A stretch of 63,987 nt of DNA, counting the filler, from Octopus bimaculoides (taxonomy: Eukaryota): the NCBI RefSeq assembly GCF_001194135.2. It is 5 parts of 4 records of this genome, joined end to end, with 100 filler letters (N's around TTAATTAATTAA, not from the genome) between each part and the next. Parts side by side here need not be neighbours in the genome. Positions count along the whole stretch, not along the records: positions 32,777 to 60,980 come from NC_068999.1; positions 61,081 to 62,826 come from NC_069008.1; positions 62,927 to 63,987 come from NW_026409151.1; 2 more parts are not named here. The stretch is one strand, 5' to 3'. The position numbers and the translations under genes are program-made. The notes under the pieces are model-generated. The model worked only from the letters and a program-made list of their open reading frames with translations, ran no database searches and had not been told where the DNA came from. This document shows, in pieces, positions 55,041-63,987 of this stretch; position 1 is the first letter of the stretch, and every line of letters starts with the position of its first letter.

Positions 55041-55111
55041 ATCATAGACCGGTTTCGTTGTTACCACTTACGTAATTACTTACGTAATTGTCCACAACTC
55101 TTCAGTATGAT
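55041..55111 (-). ncRNA. Minimal type I hammerhead ribozyme, Penelope-like-element type
   Basis: The minus strand reads AUCAUA-CUGAAGA-GUUGU-(32 nt)-ACAAC-GAAA-CCGGUC-UAUGAU. Helix I is 6 bp (AUCAUA/UAUGAU), the CUGANGA and GAAA core is intact, and helix II is 5 bp with G10.1-C11.1. Helix III is the palindrome ACCGGU. The GUC cleavage triplet predicts a cut between 55047 and 55046. Confidence 0.75.
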
Positions 55112-55827
55112 CGCCTTGGCTATATAATATGCAGAACAATACACGAGACGTCCGTATGAGATCGAACGCATACAGTTCTACTAATTACATTTGAGGATAA
55201 ATTTTCAAAAGTCTTCGTTCTGGTGCACCACATACCGGAAATAATTCTGCAGAAAATAATTCTCTGCAGTGAATCTTGCCGGATACGTAAGTATACTCTC
55301 ACACAACACTAGCACTAATTAACTCCTGCGTCATTTGAACTCGCATTCAACACTACCATTAATGGATTACTGTAAAACGTAAACTTTCGCACATTAGGCC
55401 CTACAGCTAATGAACTCCTGAAGTATTTTAGTTGCCCTATTGCCATATGTCATCACTAGGGCTAATCAACTCCTCTAGCACCCAAACTGTCACAGTAAAC
55501 CACCACCACCACCACCACCACCACCACCACCAGAACATCGACCACAAAAGAGAAATAAATCACCAGAAGAACGCTCACTCGAGACACTTCCATCGGCACC
55601 GTGGATTTTACAAAGAGCATTATGGTTGATAACCACAAGAGCGGCAGCAACTATGACGACGACGACGACGACGATGACAGCAAACAACAACAACAACAAC
55701 AAGAGAGTCTTTGTAAACAAAATTGACATCATGAACCACCGCAGTAACCGCAATGACAACAACGGGAACTACTGCTGCTGCTGCTGCCACTACTACTACC
55801 TTACTGCTCCTCCTCCTCCTCCTCCTC

Positions 55828-55858
<31 letters not shown>

Positions 55859-55920
55859 GACTACTGCCACTACAACTACCACTGCTACTTCTACTACTAC
55901 CTAACTACTACTACTACTGT

Positions 55921-55957
<37 letters not shown>

Positions 55958-56040
55958 GCTGCTGCTGCTAATGTTGCGGCTGCTGCTGCTGCTTCTACTA
56001 CTACCACTACCACTGCTGCTGCTGATGCTTCTGCTGCTGT

Positions 56041-56073
<33 letters not shown>

Positions 56074-57567
56074 CGATGATGATGTTGTTATTCAATTGTA
56101 TTCACAGCAGCCATGGTACAACATACATCATCACGAAGAACAGAGTAAGGCAAACAACACCGAACGATGAAATGGACGCGATGTGACCATTCTGCTAGAA
56201 ATCGCAGCGAAAATCTCCCCTCGTGACACACCACCACTGTCTTAGGAAATAGGACAGATTGTGTAATGGGGTGGAGGTTCTTGGATATATCTTTACGTAA
56301 GAGAAAAGCAAAAAAAAACGTGGTGGTCATGAGAGGAATGTCTTTGATGATAAGTCTATTTGATAAAAGTTGATCAGGAGCTAAAACAACAACAAGAAGT
56401 AATACATCAACTTCAAGGAAAAACAACAACATCGGCCGTTGAGAAAACGATTTGGAAAAACAACAAATATAAACACAAACTATGGCGACGACAATAATTT
56501 AAAGTGGAAAAAAAAGGGGGGGGGGACGTATTTCAAGTGGTTGCCTAGGAAACAGCAATGTTGTATAGGGTTGATGCTGGTGGTCGCAGTGATAGGATTG
56601 GTGGACGTGGCGTTCATCGAGATGGCCGTGGTGGTTTTGGTGGTGGTGGTGGTGGTGATGGTGGTGGTCGTGGTGGTGGTGGTCGTCGTGGTGATAGTGG
56701 TGGTGGTGATGGTTTTGGTGGTCGTGGTGGTGATTGTGGTGATGGTGGGAGTAGTGGTTGTAGCAGGGGTGGTTCTAGTGATGAACGTTGTAGCGGTGTG
56801 GTAGTGGTGGTGGTAGTGGTGGTGGTGGTAGTGGTTGAGGTGGTGGTAGTAGTTGTAGTAGAGGTGATTCTAGTGATGAACATTGTAGCGGTGTGGTAGT
56901 GGTGGTGGTGGTGGTAGAGGTTGTAATGTTGGTTTTTGGTCGTGATGGTAGTAGTAGTGACGATGGTAACAGTGGTGATAATTGTTGTGGTGATGGTGGT
57001 AGTAGTGGTGGTAGCGTAGTCGGTGTTGATAGCTGTGTAATTGTTGTCGTCGCTGGTGGTAAAGGTAGTGGTAGTGGTGGTGGTGATAGGAGACGCTTGT
57101 TGGTGGTGGTGCTGTTATTGATGGTGGCGGTTGTGGTGGTATTAGAGGTAGTAGTGGTAGTATTAATGGTTCTAGCGTCCATCGAGACAGCGGTGGTGGC
57201 TATGGTTGTTGTGGTGGTCATGGATGGCTTTAGTGATACTGGTCATGGTGATACTGCCGGTGGTGGTTTCGGTGGTAGTGGTGTTGGTGGCGGTAGAATT
57301 GGCGTTGGTTGTGGTGAAAGTTGTGGTGGTGTTGGTGCTGCCGATAATGGGGGACAACTGAGTTGTTGATGTAAAGGATGATGGTACTACGACTTAGAGC
57401 CGATGTAGTGGAACTAACGCTATTCTAGATAGATGGTTAAGGGCTGTTGTGGTCATGACCCTGGTGAATGTGACTCCGTTGGTGGGGGTCCTATTGTTGT
57501 TTAGCACCAAGTTAGCTGATCGCATATCCCAGTCATGTGGCCCGCGGGACTACCTCAATAGCATGCT

Positions 57568-57720
57568 TGGCTGTGTGGTAGGTGGCTGGCTTACCAACCG
57601 CATGGTTCCGGGTTCAGTCCCACTGCGTGCCACCTTGGGCAAGTGTCTTCTACTATAGCCTCGGGCCGACCAAAGCCTTGTGAGTGGATTTGGTAGACGG
57701 AAACTGAAAGAAGCCCGTTG
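57568..57720 (+). mobile_element. SINE family A, 5' half
   Basis: A-box-like tggctgtgtgg, B-box-like ggttcagtccc, near-identical to the 13108 copy. It runs into (TA)n and a gap. Confidence 0.88.
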
Positions 57721-58255
57721 TTTGTATATATATATATATNNNNNNNNNNNNNNNNNNNNNNNNNNNNNNNNNNNNNNNNNNNNNNNNNNNNNNNNNNNNN
57801 NNNNNNNNNNNNNNNNNNNNNNNNNNNNNNNNNNNNNNNNNNNNNNNNNNNNNNNNNNNNNNNNNNNNNNNNNNNNNNNNNNNNNNNNNNNNNNNNNNNN
57901 NNNNNNNNNNNNNNNNNNNNNNNNNNNNNNNNNNNNNNNNNNNNNNNNNNNNNNNNNNNNNNNNNNNNNNNNNNNNNNNNNNNNNNNNNNNNNNNNNNNN
58001 NNNNNNNNNNNNNNNNNNNNNNNNNNNNNNNNNNNNNNNNNNNNNNNNNNNNNNNNNNNNNNNNNNNNNNNNNNNNNNNNNNNNNNNNNNNNNNNNNNNN
58101 NNNNNNNNNNNNNNNNNNNNNNNNNNNNNNNNNNNNNNNNNNNNNNNNNNNNNAAGGTTGTTTCTCTTGGTTATATAGACCTATGGTAAGGATATTTGTC
58201 GCAGCGCATTCTAGAACTGCAAATGCACAACGTCCGAATATTATTTGGAATAGAA

Positions 58256-58470
58256 AGCGGTGAGGCGGCCGAATCGTTAGTGCGTCGGACAAAATGGCTA
58301 GTAGTAACTCGTCCGTCATTACTTTCTGCGTTCAAATTCCGCCGAGCTCGACTTTGCCTTTCATCCTTTCGGAGTCGATAAAATAAGTACCAGTTGTACA
58401 CTGGGGTCGATGTAATCGACTTATCCCACCCTGAAAATTGCTGAACTCGTGACAACAATTGAGAAATAAT
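58256..58470 (+). mobile_element. tRNA-derived SINE family B
   Basis: A-box-like ggccgaatcgttag, B-box GTTCAAATTCC, and central ctttgcctttcatcctttcggagtcgataaaataagtaccag..ggggtcgatgtaatcgact. Confidence 0.85.
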
Positions 58471-58742
58471 GTTAGGAGAAATAATTATATCACATACGAG
58501 TTTCCATATTATATACTGTAGAACCTTCGCCCAGTTGTCTGAAGAACAAGCCTTATGTACACGGACAATGTTAGCCACGATATATTCACAGCTAATTCTT
58601 GAACTGCCAAAACATACTATTCCAAATGTTATGTAGCGTTCACTAGTATCAGACATAATAAGACGCTTAGTGGATGTCGGTATTATTCATTAGATTCCTC
58701 GATGCGTAACCATACACCATGTTATCTTGATATGCACTGTTC

Positions 58743-58775
<33 letters not shown>

Positions 58776-59177
58776 TCAGTTTCAGATCTAGATTAAGGTA
58801 GACTTGTCCAGCAAGTTCTGAGACTGTTATGGAATATAATCAGGTTCTGAGAGATCATTAAAGTGTTTGTCCATTTCTTATTTGAACACTCCTTTGATGT
58901 TTTGATTTCTTCGCCTTTTTCTTAATTCCGCTCGTTTGGACTCGGAGAAGAAAACGTGGAGAAGGTCAGATAATTTACAAATGCCTAATATGTATGCGCG
59001 CGTACCCCCACCCCCCTCACACACAAATACACACACAAAAACACAAACATATATGCATATACATATACAATTGTCTATGTATATAGTTATGTATAAATAT
59101 GAATATATATATACATATACACACACACATACTCACACATACTCACACGCACACTTACAGAAATATATATTATATAT

Positions 59178-59225
<48 letters not shown>

Positions 59226-59535
59226 NNNNNNNNNNNNNNNNNNNNNNNNNNNNNNNNNNNNNNNNNNNNNNNNNNNNNNNNNNNNNNNNNNNNNNNNNNN
59301 NNNNNNNNNNNNNNNNNNNNNNNNNNNNNNNNNNNNNNNNNNNNNNNNNNNNNNNNNNNNNNNNNNNNNNNNNNNNNNNNNNNNNNNNNNNNNNNNNNNN
59401 NNNNNNNNNNNNNNNNNNNNNNNNNNNNNNNNNNNNNNNNNNNNNNNNNNNNNNNNNNNNNNNNNNNNNNNNNNNNNNNNNNNNNNNNNNNNNNNNNNNN
59501 NNNNNNNNNNNNNNNNNNNNNNNNNNNNNNNNNNN

Positions 59536-59570
<35 letters not shown>

Positions 59571-59761
59571 TATAGGTGAATTTACGAAAAAGCAACAGAC
59601 GAAGACAGGTGGTGTAAACAACAAATGGACGTATTAGTATAATGCTCGGTAATAGAGAAAGTCTTTAACGTTTCGAGCATACGCTCTTCAATAGAATGGA
59701 CCACAGAAGGAAACATGGAGAGAAACAAGGAGAGAAAAAATATGAATGTAGTGGTCAGCGA

Positions 59762-59800
<39 letters not shown>

Positions 59801-60111
59801 TATACCAACGAAATTTTACAAGTGTGTGTACACTTATAGACGTGCCTCCTGGCATTTTTAAACACGTGCTTACACGTATACATTGAGAGTGACGCAGTGT
59901 CAGACCTTTTGAATATAAAATTAGCGATTAATTAGAAGTGTATGAATGTAATAGGACATATGTAGCAAACAACTGATTATTACGCAAGACACACACTTAT
60001 ATATTTCTTTAATCCGGGACATTAGCTGGATTCATCGATGTTTACAAATATTGCCTAATAGACATACAAAAGAATTTCAGCTATGCATCAGTACACGTCT
60101 CAACTGTTCAC

Positions 60112-60260
60112 GTGGGCAAGTGGTTAGGTTGTTGCACTAACGATCGTTAGATCGGGTGTTCAATACGCAGACAGGGCGGCGAGTTGTATTTTTGAGCAAG
60201 ACACTTCCTTTTACGTTGCTCTAGTCTTCTTTTCGATCAGAGTGGAATGTTGGCCAGTTT
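60112..60260 (+). mobile_element. Diverged tRNA-headed SINE with CORE-like ttgagcaagacactt segment
   Basis: A-box-like gtgggcaagtggttag, B-box-like gtgttcaatac, then gagttgtatttttgagcaagacacttcc. Confidence 0.45.
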
Positions 60261-60339
60261 ACCTAGTTAGCGGAATGGCGTCATTCCAAGGGTAAAACAA
60301 TGCATCGAGACCAGCAATGTGCAACAACACCTGACAGTC

Positions 60340-60564
60340 TGGTCGGCCAATTTGATCAGGCGTGAATTGTACACCCAAACATTTGATGGTATTTACTTTA
60401 GGATGACTTAGGCCTAACCATAACAATATTTGTGTCACAATGTATCCAACAAACCCTCTACATCCGACTTCAATTGGAAAATAGTCCGCTTTCCAGCCTG
60501 CGTGTTGACAATCCTTGAAGACGTTTATATAACTTTCAATCTTTCGAACCCGAGCGGCGTCCAT
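60340..60564 (-). mobile_element. HERO/NeSL-like RLE non-LTR retrotransposon C-terminal fragment
   Basis: Reads DAARVRKIESY..CQHAGWKADYFPIEVGCRGFVG..LLWLGL, matching the recalled EAxERKxxKY..C..xGW....PxEVGCRGF motif downstream of the RLE domain in HERO-type elements. Confidence 0.7.
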
Positions 60565-60666
60565 TTTATTTTCTTAAGGAACCGTTAACTTGACGTGATT
60601 CATCACATTCTTCCTTTCACACCACATTAAAATGTCCGGTTTTTTTAGTAACTGGGATCGGAAAGA

Positions 60667-60704
<38 letters not shown>

Positions 60705-60980
60705 ATCTATCTATCTACAGAAATAATATTTTTTTTATTCTCAAACGCGTGATTATGCTAATAAATAGCGTTATTAGGATAAATTATCCTTACATTCCAG
60801 AAAAATACGTTACCGGTCAGCCATGAGACTCGAACACACATCCCTGCGATTACGCGTCAATAGCTTTACCATTAAGCTAAACTCACCAATAACGAATTCT
60901 TTTGAAATTTTAGAACGTTTAAATTCAGCTTGATAAGACGCTAACGATATATATAGATAGATAGATATATAGATAGATAG

Positions 60981-61080
60981 NNNNNNNNNNNNNNNNNNNN
61001 NNNNNNNNNNNNNNNNNNNNNNNNTTAATTAATTAANNNNNNNNNNNNNNNNNNNNNNNNNNNNNNNNNNNNNNNNNNNN
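60981..61080. other. Artificial scaffold join N44-TTAATTAATTAA-N44
   Basis: Same 100-bp structure. Confidence 0.95.
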
Positions 61081-61430
61081 CTTAAACCCTTGAAGGGTTC
61101 GTGCTGCCCCAGCATGGCCACAGTCTGATGAATTAAAAAAAAAATTAAAAAATAAAATGAGAAAAGAAAGCGTAAGGTGGTGGGGGTGGGGGTGGGGCAG
61201 ATGGGTTAATAAGGGTTAATCTCTACTTACCATGATTCAATGCAGGATTCTTGTAGAAGATTTGTTGTTTGATCTTGTTGTATCCACAGACGACAACAAA
61301 GTGACCTTTGTGGTGGTGGTCGTGGAAAAGAGAAAAGGAAAACTTGGCGTTAATTTGACGGTGGTGGTCATTGTCGTAGGGGTAATGGAGTTTTTACATC
61401 ATGTCCCAACCCTCTAGCTAAGCTGTTGCT

Positions 61431-61878
61431 GTTTAACCCCTGGTCACTCCTGATCCAGCAAGCCTATGATCAAAGATGATTCAACGGTGACCATCTTGTC
61501 TTTTATTGAGGCATAGTGTATCTAGGACTACACTATCTTATGCGTCATTCCGTGTGATTGTTTAGCCCCAGGTCACTGCTGATCCAGTAGGCCTATAATC
61601 AAACATGACCCAGCCATGACCATCCAGTCTTTCAATTTGACATAGTGTATCTAGGACTACATTATCTAATGTGCCCTTCTGTGTGATTGTTTAGCCCCAG
61701 GTCACTGCTGATCCAGCAGGCCTATAATCAAACATGACCCAGCCATGACCATCCAGTCTTTCAATTTGACATAGTGTATCTAGGACTACACTATCTAATG
61801 TGCCCTTCCGTGTGATTGTTTAGCCCCAGGTCACTGCTGATCCAGCAGGCCTATAATCAAACATGACCCAGCCGTGAA
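61431..61878. repeat. 129-bp minisatellite, about 3.5 copies, derived from a SINE-like 3' module
   Basis: Units start at 61431, 61560, 61689 and 61818 (gtttagccccaggtcactgctgatccag..tgtgatt). Copies 2-4 are nearly identical and copy 1 is diverged. Confidence 0.95.
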
Positions 61879-61895
61879 TATTAACAACAACAACA

Positions 61896-61929
<34 letters not shown>

Positions 61930-62147
61930 CGATGATGTAATAATTACATTAATATGACAAAGGTAACCACAGCAACATCAATGTCCACTGACCTTGGTAA
62001 GAATTGCGGCTGTCTCGGAAGCAGGTCAAATGTCCACATTTCTGATGTGAAAGAGAAATAAAAAGAATTAAAATGAGGGAAAAGAAGAAAAGAGAAAGAA
62101 GGACAAGAAATACTGAAAGGAAGGAAGGAAAAAAAGAAGTAAAGATG

Positions 62148-62303
62148 TGGCTGTGGGTTTAAGAAGCTTGCTTCCCAATCACATGGTTTGGGGTTCAGTT
62201 CTGCTGTATGGCACCTTGAAAAAGGGTCTTCTACTATAGCTTTAGAAAGACCAAAAGCCTTGTGAATGGATTTGCCAGATTGAAACTGAAAGAAGCCCAT
62301 CAT
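62148..62303 (+). mobile_element. SINE family A, 5' half
   Basis: Reads gtggctgtgggtttaagaagcttgcttccc..ggttcagttc..gaaactgaaagaagccc, then (TATG)n. Confidence 0.8.
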
Positions 62304-62305
62304 GC

Positions 62306-62338
<33 letters not shown>

Positions 62339-62604
62339 TGTATGTATCAGGGATGTGCTGCCTAGGTAGGTAGTGCTTACCTGGAATAAAATAGATCAGC
62401 AGCAACATTCACCTTTTATGGCAAAATATGCCCCTAATTCAATAAAATTACACACACACACATATGCACGAAGGGCTTCAGCAGAATTTGAACTCAGAAT
62501 GTATTGTTTAGAAAGATATGTCTAGCTCACACTAAATACGAAACCAATGGTTTTTTTCTAAACTGTTGCTTTACAAGTACAAATATATATATATATACAT
62601 ACAT

Positions 62605-62826
62605 CATCATCATCGTTTAACGTCCGCTTTCCATGCTAGCATGGGTTGGACGATTTGACTGAGGACTGGTGAAACCGGATGGCAACACCAGGTTCCAATC
62701 TAATTTGGCAGAGTTTCTACAGCTGGATGCCCTTCCTAACGCCAACCACTCAGAGAGTGTAGTGGGTGCTTTTACGTGTCACCCGCACGAAAACGGCCAC
62801 GCTCGAAATGGTGTCTTTTATGTGCC
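62605..62826 (-). mobile_element. 3' end of an interspersed SINE/LINE-like repeat with (GAT)n tail
   Basis: Reads catcatcatcatcgtttaacgtccgctttccatgctagcatgggttgg..tttctacagctggatgcccttcctaacgccaacc, a recurrent octopus repeat pattern (recalled). It is truncated by an assembly join. Confidence 0.55.
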
Positions 62827-62926
62827 NNNNNNNNNNNNNNNNNNNNNNNNNNNNNNNNNNNNNNNNNNNNTTAATTAATTAANNNNNNNNNNNNNNNNNN
62901 NNNNNNNNNNNNNNNNNNNNNNNNNN
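62827..62926. other. Artificial scaffold join N44-TTAATTAATTAA-N44
   Basis: Same 100-bp structure. Confidence 0.95.
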
Positions 62927-63602
62927 ACTTTCATCTTTGGGAAGAGGTGGCAGTTCGCAGGTGCTGAATCTGGCGAACTGGGCGAGTGTAGGAGCCATAC
63001 CATGTTGGTTTTAGCAAGTAACTTAGAAGGGAGGAGAGCTCGGTGACAGGGTGCACTGTCGTCATGAACAATTCAATTATTCACGCTCCACAAATCCAGT
63101 CACTTTCACCGAAAGTCCTCTTCCAAACACTTCAAAACGTCGAAGTAGAACTTTCGATTGACGGTCAGTCACTAGATGATGAATTTGCGATTCAGTTTCA
63201 CATTTCAAGGGGTTAACGCTCGTGGAAGGTTTTTCAGAGCGCTCATCGTCTTACAGGAAGGTTCTGCTGCTTTTGAAGCGCACATGACACTCGAAACACT
63301 GCATATGACCCGTTGCCTCGTCCCCGTGAACTTGCCAAATTAAGCTCAATGTCTCTGTAAAAGACGTCGCAAGTTTAATGCATGTTAGTTCTTTCTTTCT
63401 GTCCATGACAAAATCGCAAACTAAGGCAAATGCATAATCACAAAAACAAAAATGTCACAACTAGCGGAAAAAACATAGCAATGTCACTCAGCACCGTAAA
63501 TCATGAAGGTCGTAACTCGCCCTCACTGCGCACGCAACCGTGTGCTGCCATCTGTTGGTGCACTACACAACGAGTCCTAGAATGTTTTGATACCATCACA
63601 TA
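62927..63602 (-). mobile_element. Internally deleted, decayed mariner (Tc1/mariner) DNA transposon, 5' end; 3' end lost at an assembly join
   Basis: The minus strand has an ATG at 63406 giving MDRKKELTCIKL..ETLSLIWQVHGDEA..CFECHVRFKSSRTFL*DDERSEKPSTS. After a deletion and frameshift it gives TVNRKFYFDVLKCL..HDDSAPCH..HSPSSPDSAPANCHLFPKMK, compared with mariner HHDNAPAH and HPPYSPDLAPCDFFLFPKLK. A TIR-like TAtgtgatggtatcaaaacattctaggact lies at about 63573-63602. Confidence 0.85.
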
Positions 63603-63653
63603 TTAAACACTTCTCTTGAATACATTAGTTTATTTAATGACTTCTATTTTCAG

Positions 63654-63782
63654 GTAAAACAAAATTCCAGTACCAAAGTAAATACTACAGTTATCAGTAA
63701 TATCATTGCTGCAACTATTCATAACACTCCAATAATGGACCTTGATGAACCAGTTACCATATCGGTCAACTTAAAAGAACAG
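63654..63782 (+). CDS. Internal coding exon of an adhesion GPCR (GAIN subdomain B, upstream of the GPS)
   Basis: The acceptor is cttctattttcag|G and the donor is CAG|GTAACA. The exon is 129 nt, phase 0-0 and stop-free: VKQNSSTKVNTTVISNIIAATIHNTPIMDLDEPVTISVNLKEQ. It matches the recalled GAIN-B pattern VxSxV/IIA/SAsI-x4-I-x-N/DLxEPVxI of ADGRG/ADGRL receptors and has NxS/T sequons (NSS, NTT). It is too short for the ORF track. Confidence 0.8.
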
Positions 63783-63987
63783 GTAACAGCTATGTGTTCA
63801 TTATCACCTTTGTTGTTGTTAATATTTCATTTCAAAGCCATATCTCATTCCTCTCGAAAGAAACACGGTGCTAGTAGCAGCGGTAGCAACCGCAGCAGCA
63901 ACCGCAGCAGTAGCAGTAGCATCAGCAGCAGCAGCAGAAGTAGTAGTAGTAGTAGTAGTTGTAGTAGTAGTAGCAGCAGCAGCAGCA

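Noticed and set aside
57568-57625. tRNA genes suggested by A- and B-boxes
   Set aside because: The boxes belong to SINE heads and no cloverleaf can be built.
61431-61878. Possible CRISPR-like or coding repeat (129 bp = 43 codons)
   Set aside because: There are no unique spacers, the context is eukaryotic, and the frames examined contain a stop in each unit.

Overview
This is repeat-saturated eukaryotic genomic DNA, almost certainly from an octopus (inferred from its SINE families and extreme microsatellite load). About 7.5 kb is N. Four identical 100-bp artificial joins (N44-TTAATTAATTAA-N44) split the window into five blocks whose order and orientation are not proven by sequence. Nearly all long ORFs in the supplied track are artefacts of di-, tri- and tetranucleotide repeats or of N runs. 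What I can support: (1) one convincing host exon at 63654-63782 (+), encoding the C-terminal part of an adhesion-GPCR GAIN domain; (2) decayed transposons from several groups: two CR1/L2-group LINE copies, an RTE 3' end with three C2H2 fingers, R4/Dong-like and HERO-like RLE fragments, an L1/Tx1-like CCHC fragment and an internally deleted mariner; (3) more than a dozen tRNA-derived SINE copies, mostly from two families; (4) several minisatellites. The best hidden signal is a minimal type I hammerhead ribozyme with a canonical core on the minus strand at 55041-55111. It has the palindromic helix III typical of Penelope-like elements, and a 12-nt tandem duplication that can extend helix II with a GNRA-capped stem. 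I found no CRISPR array, rRNA, bona fide tRNA or complete gene, and I cannot claim a wholly new multi-gene system.
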